A stretch of DNA of 60,431 bases from Promethearchaeota archaeon (lineage in GTDB: Archaea; Asgardarchaeota; Lokiarchaeia; Sigyniarchaeales; SOKP01), in assembly GCA_011364975.1 (NCBI GenBank), contig RDOE01000010.1, positions 1-60,431 of the forward strand, given 5' to 3'. The first letter of the stretch is position 1. Each line of letters opens with the position of its first letter. A program made the translations under genes and the position numbers. The notes beneath the pieces are model-generated. The model was not told the origin of the DNA, ran no database searches, and saw only the letters and a list, made by a program, of their open reading frames with translations. Positions 19,416-30,800 of this stretch are shown piece after piece.

Positions 19416-20225
19416 TTAGGATTTAACATTATTTTCATTTCTTTCAAACATTAACTTTTTGACCTCTTCAAGAATCAGGGGTAATATTGTTCCCGTTTTA
19501 TGATTTATAACTACGTCTGCTTTATTATCTAAATGAGTAGGTTGATCATTTACTATAATTAACTTTCCTTTATCTTGAAGGACATATAATGGTAAATCAC
19601 AGATTGGAGCAACCTCAAGAGATGAGCCTGCGATTAACATAACATCTGCTTTTTGTGATAATGCTTTAGATTGAAATAATTCAAATCTTGGTAAGTCTTC
19701 CCCAAATAAAACAACAGAAGGCTTTAGCGGAGCTCCGCAAAAGTCACAGGTTGGTGTTTCAGATTTTCCCTTCTTCATTTTTTTTAAGACTTGATCTTTA
19801 CTATAAGACGCCTTACATCCCAGGCAACTAAATCGATTTATATTTCCATGCACTTCATATACAATAACAGAACCTGCTGCTTGGTGTAATTCATCAATAT
19901 TTTGGGTGATAACTGCTTTTATTATATCTAAATTTTCTAATTCAGCGAGAGCATAATGACCTGGATTAGGTTTTGCCTTGAAAAGTGTTGGTGCAACTTT
20001 CTGAGCTAATTCCCAGAATTTTGCGGGATTCCTTAAGAATGCTTCAATATTTCCATAGATTTCGGGTTTATATTTCTCCCATATTCCTCCTTCACCTCTA
20101 AAGTCAGGAATTCCGGATTCTGTAGATATTCCTGCGCCTGTAAGTGCAATAGCATATTTTGCGTTAACTAATAATTCAGCAGATTGTAAAATTTTTTTCT
20201 TTTCAATAATTCTTAAGATTTTCAT
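19416..20225 (-). CDS. cobB: Sir2/CobB NAD-dependent protein deacylase
   Basis: TGAGISTESGIPDFRG, TQNIDELHQ.AGS, HG, CxxC..CxxC, P.VVLFGE; ATG at 20225 preferred over TTG 20246. Confidence 0.93.
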   Translation of the reverse strand: MKILRIIEKKKILQSAELLVNAKYAIALTGAGISTESGIPDFRGEGGIWEKYKPEIYGNIEAFLRNPAKFWELAQKVAPTLFKAKPNPGHYALAELENLDIIKAVITQNIDELHQAAGSVIVYEVHGNINRFSCLGCKASYSKDQVLKKMKKGKSETPTCDFCGAPLKPSVVLFGEDLPRFELFQSKALSQKADVMLIAGSSLEVAPICDLPLYVLQDKGKLIIVNDQPTHLDNKADVVINHKTGTILPLILEEVKKLMFERNENNVKS

Positions 20226-20542
20226 AAAAAGTCCCTTAAAATTCAAAATTGTTAACTAAATATTGAAATGTAGAATATCTTAATATCTATTATAGAATTC
20301 ATCTTGTTTTATAACATCTAAGTATAAATTTACGCTCAATATTTACGATTACTCTTATTATATTTTTTCCAATTATTAAAGTTTAATTGTTATGAGCAAT
20401 CAGATCAATAATTAATGAAAAATAAAACTTTAAATAATCTTGATAAAATCTCATATATGCATAAACAATTAAATGATTGATTAATTTCTAAATTTAATTG
20501 ATAAGCTATTAAATCAACAACTAATTCTAAACGATAAGGTCA

Positions 20543-21430
20543 ATGATAACGGGTTTTGCTATAATCCTTGATGAGGAAATTTTATATGTTTCAAATGAGC
20601 ATAAATATCCATTATTTGAGATTGTGCTTTTTGTTGAAAAATTAATACGAAGTCTTAATCCTAAAAATTTATGGCGCCTAAAAAATATCTATTTCAAAAG
20701 TAAAAACTCAAAAGAAAGAATGATTATTAGGCATATTGTTTCAGAAAATGACCAAAATCTTTTTTATTGTATTGCTGGTGATTTTAAACCTAACTCCGAA
20801 GAAATCATTAAACTAATGGAAGAATACCAAGAAAAAGTATTCGCTAATTATGAATCTATAGAAAAAATTAAGGAAGCATCAAGAAAGTCTGAATTTAAAA
20901 AAATCATAAAATTAATTACAGGATATTTATGGAGTAAGTATAGGGATACATTAGAAGATGAACAGATTGAGCCAAAATGCACAGATCTGCAAAATAAAAT
21001 AATTTATTGTGGAATATCAAGTCAGGGATTACCAATTATTTCACAACTATATGATACAGCACTTCTTAATAATTTTGAAAAAGAAGTAAATAATGAGAAT
21101 ATTGAATTACTAAGTTCGAACATTTCTGCTAAATTAGCTACAATTGCGATGAATACACAAATTCGAGCAAAAAATAATATTAAAGAAATACATTTCGATG
21201 ATATAGAAGATAATGGCTGCAGAAAAATAATACTCTATAGTAATATTAATGGGTATTCTCTTGATTTTATTGCTTCGGGAGACTTTATAAGACTAAAAGA
21301 AATATTTTCAGAGTTAGAAAGTACACTCTCAAAAGAAAAGATTCTACAAGGAGAGTTTTCGGGAGATTTAAAACCATTTAGATCATTAAAAACTTATTTA
21401 AATAATATTATAAATGAATTTGATCAATAA
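20543..21430 (+). CDS. Hypothetical protein, probable tandem longin-like domains
   Basis: Two units, each beginning with a beta-hairpin (ITGFAIILDEEILY; IIYCGISSQGLPII) followed by a helix (LLSSNISAKLATI). Confidence 0.55.
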   Translation: MITGFAIILDEEILYVSNEHKYPLFEIVLFVEKLIRSLNPKNLWRLKNIYFKSKNSKERMIIRHIVSENDQNLFYCIAGDFKPNSEEIIKLMEEYQEKVFANYESIEKIKEASRKSEFKKIIKLITGYLWSKYRDTLEDEQIEPKCTDLQNKIIYCGISSQGLPIISQLYDTALLNNFEKEVNNENIELLSSNISAKLATIAMNTQIRAKNNIKEIHFDDIEDNGCRKIILYSNINGYSLDFIASGDFIRLKEIFSELESTLSKEKILQGEFSGDLKPFRSLKTYLNNIINEFDQ

Positions 21431-21461
21431 TTACTAAATAAAATGGTTTTTTATCTTATTT

Positions 21462-22754
21462 ATGAAGGCTGTTATATTGGCAGCTGGTAAAGGTAAGAGG
21501 TTAAGACCAATTACCTCAACACAACCAAAACCCATGATTCCTATTGCGGGAAAACCCTTATTAGCACATACTATCCTTGGATTAAAAAAAGCAGGGATTG
21601 ATGAGATATTAGTAATTGTGGGCTACAGAGAAAATCTTATTCGTGATTACTTTCGGGATGGTAAAGAACTTTTCGGACTTAAAATCGAATATCTTACTCA
21701 GAAAGAACATTTGGGTACTGCTCATGCAGCTAATTATGCTCGTGAGTTTGTAAATGATTCACCATTTCTAATGATGTATGGTGATCTTCTTGTTGATTCA
21801 GTAGTTTTTGGAAAAATCATAAATAAGTTTAAAAAAAATTCATATGAAGGACTTATAAGTTTAATAGAAGTTCCTAATCCTCAAGATTTTGGGATCATAT
21901 CCATAAATTCAGATGGTTTTGTATCTAATATTACTGAGAAACCATCACCGAGATTGAATCTAGGTAATCTAGCCAATGCGGGAATATATGTTTTTAAACC
22001 TATTATTTTTGACGCGATAGATAAGACAAAAAAATCTATTAGAGGAGAATATGAATTTACAGATTCAATGCAAATATTAATAAATGAATTAGATGGAAAA
22101 GTTCAATCTTATGTACTTCAGAGTGAGTTTTGGAGTGATATTGGCTTACCTTGGCAACTTATTGACGCAAATCAGTTCCTGTTAAACCAAATTGAACCGA
22201 ATCAATTTGGAATAATAGAAGATAATGTTAAGATCAATGGTAAAGTCTATATTGGAAATAACACTAGAATTCGTTCAGGTTCTTATATTCAAGGTCCATG
22301 TTTTATAGGAGAAAAAAACCTAATTGGACCAAATGCGTTCATACGGCCATATACATCCATATCTAATAATTGTCATATAGGAATGTCAGAAATAAAAAAT
22401 TCCTTAATTTATGATAATACTGCTATTCCCCATTTTAACTATGTTGGTGATTCTATAATTTGTGAGAATGTAAATCTTGGAGCTGGAACTAAAATTTCAA
22501 ATCTCCGATTTGATAATCAAAACATAAAAATGGTAATTGATGGAAAGAATTTTAATTCTAAACGTCGGAAGTTGGGTGCGGTGATTGGACCAAATACACA
22601 AACTGGAATTAATGTAAGTATTATGTGTGGAAAAATTATTGGAGAAAATTCGATTATTGGGGCTCATTCAATTGTAAATGAAAATATTGCTCCTAATACC
22701 CTATATTATCAAGATATTAATGGAAGGAAAGTTGTAAAAAAAAATCCCTTTTAA
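21462..22754 (+). CDS. glmU: Archaeal bifunctional sugar-1-phosphate nucleotidylyltransferase/acetyltransferase (GlmU-like)
   Basis: ILAAGKG.RLRP.T...PKP, EKP, RGEYE.TD; hexapeptide repeats, HFNYVGDS, NLGAGT...NLRFD. Confidence 0.9.
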   Translation: MKAVILAAGKGKRLRPITSTQPKPMIPIAGKPLLAHTILGLKKAGIDEILVIVGYRENLIRDYFRDGKELFGLKIEYLTQKEHLGTAHAANYAREFVNDSPFLMMYGDLLVDSVVFGKIINKFKKNSYEGLISLIEVPNPQDFGIISINSDGFVSNITEKPSPRLNLGNLANAGIYVFKPIIFDAIDKTKKSIRGEYEFTDSMQILINELDGKVQSYVLQSEFWSDIGLPWQLIDANQFLLNQIEPNQFGIIEDNVKINGKVYIGNNTRIRSGSYIQGPCFIGEKNLIGPNAFIRPYTSISNNCHIGMSEIKNSLIYDNTAIPHFNYVGDSIICENVNLGAGTKISNLRFDNQNIKMVIDGKNFNSKRRKLGAVIGPNTQTGINVSIMCGKIIGENSIIGAHSIVNENIAPNTLYYQDINGRKVVKKNPF

Positions 22755-22840
22755 GAATAATTTCAATTTTTGCACAGATTTAACAATCTATATTATTTAA
22801 TTCAAAAAAGCAATAATTTATCATATTTTAGAATAATAAA

Positions 22841-23647
22841 TTATTCAGAAATTTCGTCTTCTATTTCCTCTTCTTCCACTTCTAAATCTTCTTCCGGAGT
22901 AGCTTCCTTTTCAGGTTTAGCTTGAGGCATTTTCTTAACATTAATTCTCTCAGTTCTTTTAATTTCACTTTTACGGGATCTTTTAACGTCTACTTCGACA
23001 ATTTCGAAATCCTCATCTTGAGAGATAAGTTTTTTATCTTCTCCTCCTTCAGGAATAGATATAACTTTACTTTTAATAACTGTACAACTTGAAACTGGAT
23101 AAATAGTTTTTGCTACTCTAGTTATTTGATTTTCAAATTCATGATAAATAATACCAGTTATGAACTTTTCATGAGTTAATGTTTTAGCAAATTGTTTTAA
23201 AATGTCATCCATGATTTTTCTAATGAGAATTTGTTGTGAACTACGAGCTCTTTTAATAGTAGTACATACCACAGTTAAACGATATGAAAAATCATCTTTT
23301 GTGGTTAAATTTAATATAGTTTGAATCTTTGAAGATCCTCTGCCAACTAGACTTCTTATATAATCATTGGTATACTGATGCCCAGAGTATATACTTTGAC
23401 ACTGTTTAGATTCAAGATTTATATCGATAACTTTGAATTTCAATTTCAAATTTATATCTTCATATTTATTCGTGATATCATATAATAACACTTCAATTGT
23501 TCGGTCTAATATAGAATTTTCCATCCCTATAACTTCACCTAAGGGCTTAAAGTTAAAACTCTTAGGAGCAACAATTGTAAACCATTGCTTATCTTTAAAA
23601 GATACTTTCTTAGTTTTAGCTTTTTTTTTTCTACCTTTTTGACTCAT
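22841..23647 (-). CDS. rps3ae: 30S ribosomal protein eS1 (S3Ae) with acidic C-terminal extension
   Basis: K.WF.I.AP, R..EV.LYD.T, DYIRSLV.R.SSKI, IYP motifs. Confidence 0.93.
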   Translation of the reverse strand: MSQKGRKKKAKTKKVSFKDKQWFTIVAPKSFNFKPLGEVIGMENSILDRTIEVLLYDITNKYEDINLKLKFKVIDINLESKQCQSIYSGHQYTNDYIRSLVGRGSSKIQTILNLTTKDDFSYRLTVVCTTIKRARSSQQILIRKIMDDILKQFAKTLTHEKFITGIIYHEFENQITRVAKTIYPVSSCTVIKSKVISIPEGGEDKKLISQDEDFEIVEVDVKRSRKSEIKRTERINVKKMPQAKPEKEATPEEDLEVEEEEIEDEISE

Positions 23648-23655
23648 AGGTTTAA

Positions 23656-24114
23656 TTACCTCGCTACAAGAGTTCTAACTTTCTCTGGATCGTATTTAAA
23701 TTCAGGAGCTAATACTTTTTTGTTCTTGTAATAACTTATTAATCGATATATTTTAGATTCTATTCTTTGTAATCCTTTTTTCGATTCTAAATCTTTGTGA
23801 TTTGTTTCAAGATGTTTTCTAAGAGTTAAAGCCCTTTTGACCAAATTTGTAAGATCCTCCGGGAGAGGAGTTTCAATTCCATTCTCCTTTAAAATTTGAC
23901 TAATTGGTTTTCCAGTTACTACTTTAACTAAAGGAACTCCATGTGAATCTCTTAAAATAACGCCAATCATAGATTTTGAATGACCTTTTCGCGCTAGTTT
24001 AACTACTTCATTTTCAACTTCCTCACTAGATAACTCAACCCATACTGGTTTTTCTAATCTTGCTGGGCGTGTTGATCCACTACTTCCCTTCTTTCTGGAA
24101 TGCATCCGAGCCAT
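23656..24114 (-). CDS. rps15: 30S ribosomal protein uS15
   Basis: MARMHSRKKG.SGS.RP, S.IG..LRD.HG.P, PEDL..L, ESKI.RL..YYK. Confidence 0.97.
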   Translation of the reverse strand: MARMHSRKKGSSGSTRPARLEKPVWVELSSEEVENEVVKLARKGHSKSMIGVILRDSHGVPLVKVVTGKPISQILKENGIETPLPEDLTNLVKRALTLRKHLETNHKDLESKKGLQRIESKIYRLISYYKNKKVLAPEFKYDPEKVRTLVAR

Positions 24115-24255
24115 TTTTCGTATCCCAGTTTATTATTCTATTAATGAAAGATAATTTTTAGATATGGTTATAAAAACATCATTTAAAATAAAATTTTTGA
24201 ATTTAGAAAACAAATCTAAATTAAATAAATTAATTTCTGAGGAATTAATCTTAGT

Positions 24256-24840
24256 ATGAATAAGAGAGGAAATGATATTTATTTTATAACAGGTAATTCT
24301 TATAAGTATAATGAAATTCAAAAATTATTTGGTACTGAAAGATTAAATTTTAGATTAATTCAAAAAGATTTAAATCCAATTGAAATTCAAGCAGATAACT
24401 TATACGAAGTAGCTCTCTTTAAGTTAAACAGTATTAAGGAAACTCTCGAAGGCTCTTATTTTATTGAAGACGCAGGATTTTTTATCGATAAACCATTGAA
24501 CGGATTTCCCGGAGTATGGTCAAAATATGTATTTAAAACAATTGGTAACATTGGAATTTTAAAATTAATTGATAATTTTGAAGAAACAGAAGCTCATTTT
24601 GAGAGCATAATTGCTTTTTATTTTCAACCACAAGATAAAGTATTAACATTTCAGGGTATTGTAAAAGGTAAGGTTTCTAAAGAAATCAGAGGAAAAGGGG
24701 GATTTGGATTTGATCCTATCTTTATTCCGAATGAGTATCCAAATAAAACCTTTGCTGAGCTTTCAACCGAGGAAAAAAATAAAATTTCCCATAGAGGTAA
24801 AGCGTGGATAAAGTTCATCAAATTTTTAAAAGACACATAA
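24256..24840 (+). CDS. rdgB: Non-canonical purine NTP pyrophosphatase (RdgB/HAM1)
   Basis: TGN..K, EIQ, EDAG, GFPG, GFGFDPIF, K..ISHRG.A. Confidence 0.95.
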   Translation: MNKRGNDIYFITGNSYKYNEIQKLFGTERLNFRLIQKDLNPIEIQADNLYEVALFKLNSIKETLEGSYFIEDAGFFIDKPLNGFPGVWSKYVFKTIGNIGILKLIDNFEETEAHFESIIAFYFQPQDKVLTFQGIVKGKVSKEIRGKGGFGFDPIFIPNEYPNKTFAELSTEEKNKISHRGKAWIKFIKFLKDT

Positions 24841-24848
24841 AAAATTCA

Positions 24849-27815
24849 TTAAAAAGTTTCTCGGAATGTATCCATAATAGTTTGTTTACTTAACTTCCTT
24901 AAGATTATAAACATTCCAATTATTCCAATAACAATTGAAATAATAAACACCCTTGCTAAAACTTCAAAAGGAACTGAAAAAACAATTGGCATTTCTGTTA
25001 TAAAACCTAGGTTTGTTTCTAATAAGTAGGCACTAAATGTCCCGATAAATGTCCCCATCGTTCCTGAAGATAATAATACTATTAAACTTTCAATTATGAA
25101 CAAATTTCTCACGTTCTTAGTCTTCATTCCTAGAGCTCTTAATATTCCAATTTCAAATTTTCTTTCTAGCATGACTGCATACATCGTACTTATTAATCCA
25201 AAAATCGCAATTGTAATCGCAAACCAATTGATTACTTCTAAAAGTGTACTTTGTCTTTCATACAGATCTTGCATAAAATTAATTTTAGACACAGCATCAT
25301 CAATTATGAAATTCTTATTCTTATATGTAGATTGAAATTCCTCTTTTACTTCTTTGATGCTTTCTCGTGACTCATCTATTATATTAATAAAAACTTTATC
25401 AATAATCATATCGGGACCTCTTGGATTCTCTATATCCATTAGATTTATATAATTATCTAATGATACCATTAATCCAGCTCCCGATACTGCGTTAACAGAA
25501 CTTCTAAAATTGAAATATCCCGGCATTCCACCTGAAATACCAACAACTCGAAAGAGAGTAATATTTCCAGGATCATTTGGAATTTTTGGATTAAAAAAAG
25601 TGAGCCGAATATACTCTCCCACATCCTTAATCCCTAAGACAGTTGCTAACGAATTCGCAATAATACACGTATTATTATGATTAAATAGTTGACTAAAGGA
25701 ATAATTAAATCCACTATTTGGGCTACTCCAAATAAAAAGATTCTCATCCATTAAATTATAGTAATTTTCTTCAATACCTATAAATCCAACTTCAAATTCA
25801 TCAAAATTCGCAATATCTGCCGCTTTTACTTGATATTTCTCTTGAGCTTGGGCCGTATAAAATTCAAAAATATTAACAAATGCCTCATTAATAGATTCTT
25901 GATCAAAACCACCTCCACCTTCACTAAAATCATAAAATACTGATAAAATTGATGTGATATCAAACATATTATAAAGAGTAATTGCATATGAATCAATATT
26001 CTGCATATTTTTTAAGTCCTGAACAACTTCATAAGTTATTGCATCATCATTAGCTTCTAATCCTTGATTCACTAAAACTAATTCTGATCCATATTGAAAT
26101 TTTAAATTTAAAGACATATTTTTTGATTCCATCTCTAAAACACTTGTAATAAAAAATATGAAAGAAAAACTTATAGCAAACATCAAAATTGTATTTGTGT
26201 TTCGTCGTCTATTTCTTTTAAGAGATATTTTAATAATATTTGCATATTTTCTAATAAGGGGGCTTATAATTCCAACTAGTATAGTTTGAATTAAAGGAAT
26301 AATTCCCACTGAAGCAAAAACCATTCCAATTAATATTGCTCCTAAAAGTCCTATAAATAATCCCGCTATTAGCATGAAATCACCTGTAACAACTAAATTA
26401 GGTAATAAAATAAAAACCACCATCCCAATTGTAGCGATTGCAGTACCTACCAGGAAACTTTTTAGATTTATACTTCCTTCTTTTTTTACCTCCCAACCTT
26501 CTTCTTTTTTATGAAAAGGAGTTATAGATTTGATAATCTCTAATTTTCCCGTTTTTAAAGCTGGGAATAGTGAGACTACAAATGATACTCCCGAGCCAAT
26601 AGAAAAAGCTAATATTATTGTTAAAGGTTGAATTACGTAAGGTACATTTTGAAGCCTGAAATCTGTAATTATAAACAAAGTATTTACTACAGGTGGTGTA
26701 GCAAATACTCCAATGATAATTCCAATGATTGATCCTATAACACCTATTAAAAAACCTTCAAAAATAACCATTTTTAAAGGAAAGTTCTTTCTTCCCCCTA
26801 CAACTCGAATTATTCCATACTCTCTGATTCTCTCTTCTGTTGAAGTTGATAATATTGAGTTGATTAAAATACCTGTTATTAATATAGCAATGATAATAAT
26901 AAACCAAAAGATTATCGTCATTCCAATTAACATAAATTGCTCTGTACTTAATTGTTCAAGTTTAGGCAAAGAAACAGAATATTCATTCGGATCTAGCCTT
27001 TGTTGAATTCTTGTTCCAACCATTCTGAGGTTCCTTTCAGTAGCATCTAAATTTCTAACATCATAAATAAATTGTGGATTTTCTATTGTTCCCATAATAA
27101 GGTTAATTTTTCCCTCCCTTTGAAGGAAACTTTGGGCTTGATGAAGATTTACAATAACTAGAGCATTTTCAATGTCTGTGAATTTTAAATCTTGAATACA
27201 TATGACTATAATTTCGAGATTTAATTCATATTGTTGATATTGCATATGTATAGTATCTCCAACTGATACATTCAATAATTCTGCAACTCTTGATAAGATT
27301 ACACATTGACCATTATTGGGTTCATCTCTATAGATTTCTCCAGTTTCAATACCTTCTTGATTCACAATTTTTAAATTTCCCATATTTCCATTTTCATCTT
27401 CCTTAATAAAATCAAGGCCATAAAATTGTAATGTACTATTAGCCATCGCATTATCAGAAAATGCTCTTACAGGCATCATTATTCTAGGAAAAAGTTCTTC
27501 GACACCGTCTATATTTTGTAGTTCTTCATAAAGGAGATTTTCATCAAAGAATGGATCAAATGTAATATCTGTTTTAATGTTCCGAGAAATCATTATATCA
27601 GCACTTCCAGTCGTATTTGTAATTAATTCCATGTAATTATATGACATTGTATCATTAACCATTCCTATAGCGGTCAATAGTATTATTGAAACCATAATTC
27701 CACTTATGGCAAATATAGCTTTAGACTTATCTCGCTTCATATTAAGCCATGAATGCTTGATAAATTGAAAATTCACTTTACTCTTTATCTGATACCAAAA
27801 ATTCTCCAAACTCAA
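24849..27815 (-). CDS. Tandem FtsX/MacB-type ABC permease (2 x [TM1-extracellular domain-3 TM])
   Basis: EERIREYGIIRVVG and ERKFEIGILRALG motifs; two large extracytoplasmic domains. Confidence 0.9.
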   Translation of the reverse strand: MSLENFWYQIKSKVNFQFIKHSWLNMKRDKSKAIFAISGIMVSIILLTAIGMVNDTMSYNYMELITNTTGSADIMISRNIKTDITFDPFFDENLLYEELQNIDGVEELFPRIMMPVRAFSDNAMANSTLQFYGLDFIKEDENGNMGNLKIVNQEGIETGEIYRDEPNNGQCVILSRVAELLNVSVGDTIHMQYQQYELNLEIIVICIQDLKFTDIENALVIVNLHQAQSFLQREGKINLIMGTIENPQFIYDVRNLDATERNLRMVGTRIQQRLDPNEYSVSLPKLEQLSTEQFMLIGMTIIFWFIIIIAILITGILINSILSTSTEERIREYGIIRVVGGRKNFPLKMVIFEGFLIGVIGSIIGIIIGVFATPPVVNTLFIITDFRLQNVPYVIQPLTIILAFSIGSGVSFVVSLFPALKTGKLEIIKSITPFHKKEEGWEVKKEGSINLKSFLVGTAIATIGMVVFILLPNLVVTGDFMLIAGLFIGLLGAILIGMVFASVGIIPLIQTILVGIISPLIRKYANIIKISLKRNRRRNTNTILMFAISFSFIFFITSVLEMESKNMSLNLKFQYGSELVLVNQGLEANDDAITYEVVQDLKNMQNIDSYAITLYNMFDITSILSVFYDFSEGGGGFDQESINEAFVNIFEFYTAQAQEKYQVKAADIANFDEFEVGFIGIEENYYNLMDENLFIWSSPNSGFNYSFSQLFNHNNTCIIANSLATVLGIKDVGEYIRLTFFNPKIPNDPGNITLFRVVGISGGMPGYFNFRSSVNAVSGAGLMVSLDNYINLMDIENPRGPDMIIDKVFINIIDESRESIKEVKEEFQSTYKNKNFIIDDAVSKINFMQDLYERQSTLLEVINWFAITIAIFGLISTMYAVMLERKFEIGILRALGMKTKNVRNLFIIESLIVLLSSGTMGTFIGTFSAYLLETNLGFITEMPIVFSVPFEVLARVFIISIVIGIIGMFIILRKLSKQTIMDTFRETF

Positions 27816-27839
27816 GATCTTAATTACTCTCTTTATTTA

Positions 27840-30800
27840 TTAATCCAAAATACTAAATTTTTTTTTCTTTTGCCGAAATTTTCTTAAATAGATTCCCTTA
27901 TTGCCTAATAATTCTTTAATCTCTTCTAATTCTCTTCTAACTAATTTAATACCTTCACATTTTTTAGTTTTACAAAAATAATAATCTCCTGGCTCATCTT
28001 TATAATACCATTTGCCGCAATTCATGCAGTTATAAGCCGCATAGATTTGATCATGTCCGCAAATAGGACAAATAAAATTGAACTTTATAGATTCAAACCA
28101 CGATTTACAGAATTTGCAATGAAGAATCAGTGGTCTCTCTACAAGATCATCTGATTCAAACAGTTCAATTCTTTTTTTTATTTGTTCTTTATCAATATTT
28201 TTTAACCTTACTTTCTCAGCATTTAAATCATGTTTTTTATTAATCCCTAACTTTCCTTTTTTTTCTGAAATAAAATAAATGATAATTCCTAATCCTAATG
28301 CTGCAATTACCAATATAATCCATGGACCCCACATTCTCATATTAAATATACCATTTTCAATAATAACAAATAGTGTAGCCTCCCCAAGATTGCCTTCCAT
28401 ATCATAAGCTCTGACTATCACTTTATAATTCCCATCAGTTTGATGTGTTGTATCCCATAGGAATGATAATAACCCTGTACTCAAATTAAAATTAATCATC
28501 TCTTTATCGATAATTTTATTATTTAAAAGAACATAGATGCGACTCGAATCTAAGCCCTTATTATCCGAAATAGTCGCAGTAAATAAAATTGTCGCGCTTA
28601 TTCTTGCATTATCTGAAGGATTTAATATCTGAATATTTGGAGTAATAAAATCCGTTTCTTTATCATAACCCACATAAATGTCTGATATTAACCATCCATC
28701 TCCTATTCCAACTACGTTTTCATTAGTATAAAGAGTGAATCTAAACATAACCACTTGATTAAAATAAGAAGAAATATCAATAGACTGATTTCCTAATAAA
28801 TCCTCATTATCATAATAAAATTCTTTTAATAATATCCAACTATTTCCAAAATCACTTGAAATAGAGATTGAACATCGATCTAGATTTTCTTCTAAAAAAA
28901 CTTCATTTTGCAAATCAAAATCATGATAAAATTTGAGATAAACAGAATATTGACTATTTAATTGTAATGGATGAGTTAATAAATTGATTTCCCAGTTTGT
29001 ACCATAACCCTGATTAATACTTCCAAAACTTTGTCCAAGCCCTCCATAAAGGTATGTCTTATTAAGTATTGAGATGGTATGCCACGAATTATCACCTAGC
29101 AACCATGTGGTGCTTTCCTTTTGCTTTGGGGTTCCAGTAATATAAAAATCATTAGATTTTTTTTCATCAAAATTATACCCAATATTTTTACCTTCGTGAT
29201 ATATATTAAATTCTCTTGGAGTGGGGTCCTGAAAGGTAATGACTGAATTATCTTGATTAAACCAAATACTTGAATTAGTAAATTTACCATCAGAAATATG
29301 AAATCTGAAAGATAGATTTAAAAATTCATTTAATGGTAAACTCCTTACAAAAAAAATACCTTTAGTTCCAGCTAATTTATCACTTGCGTTCCAAGCACCA
29401 TAGATATTTATCATAGAATAATTATATTCCCCAATTTCAACATAAACAAATTCTGGATAATTATTATCTCGATCATAATAATTACATGAAAATGTAAATT
29501 TACTAAATCTAAATCCATCGAACTGAGATATATCCTGTTCTATATGAGGTTCAACTTCCGGATAATAATAATTAGTATAATTTACTAAAGAAAAATAATC
29601 TAACATTAACCCTTTATAATTTATTGGATCAAATTGCTCATCCAAGGATGCTAAGAATCTAAACTGTATAAAATTTCCAATATAATCAGTAAGATTTATT
29701 TTTTCAATAAACCATTCATTTTCAAAGTTTGTATAAGTTTTCAATGTAAACCATCCGGTCCAATTAAGATTTATTTGGAGAAAAATAAAATCCCCTGTGT
29801 TAATACTTACTCTTAAGCCAAAAGAAGCAAATGGATGAGTCATATTATTATCGATTTGGGTTAAATTAAAGAGAGGGCTCCTTAATGTACCATTAGGATA
29901 AGGATTAGTAATAATATAAGGTTGATATGTATAATCTTGTGGATAGAAATGATCTCTTCCAAAATAGATACTAGACCATATATTTTCATAAATTAAAGAT
30001 CTATTATCATTTATATTTGATTGATTTAGTAATCCCCATCCGGTACCATTAAAGATCCATCCATCTAAACCATTCATAAAATTGTGTGAATAAGGAAATT
30101 GTTTACTATCGGTAGGAAATTCAATTAAGATACTTAACTCTCCAAAACTTGGAAATCTAACGACATGATTTCCATCACTTGCTATAAAATAGTAATGATA
30201 AAGACCGGAACTCGGAAATCTCACCGCTTCGCTTCTAAAAGTTACTCCATTTGTAAAATTATTATCCAAAGGATTTATTTTGAATAAACTATAATTTTGG
30301 GATGTTTCTAAAATATGAACATAGACTTCTTGGGGTGGTACATTTGATATATCATTATCAAAATAATCAATATAAAAGAAATAATTATCAATCGAATAAT
30401 TTTTAAGAGGTTGATTACCATAAAACTCTTGTAAACTAATTATGGTATCATTTTTACTTGCTCCTACATATCTAATTTCAGCAATTTTTAATTCAGGAAT
30501 AAAATCATTTCTCACTGGCGTAATAATTAATGAAAAATTACTTCTACCTTCTATAGCCTTTATTGTTAAAACACAATTAGTTTCATTGCTTTTAGGTATA
30601 AAATAAAAATAGCTTAAATTATCGTACCATTTACGAGAGGATTGAAGAAGGATAGGTTCACCATATTGGTTTGTATTATTACTAAATAAGTAAACGTCAA
30701 ATTCCACATCCCCTTTAAAGTCAGTTAAATTAAATAAATATTGAGTATTTTTCTCCAGAGCGACTTTTCGTGCTACAACATGTGTGCCAAGGGGATTTTC

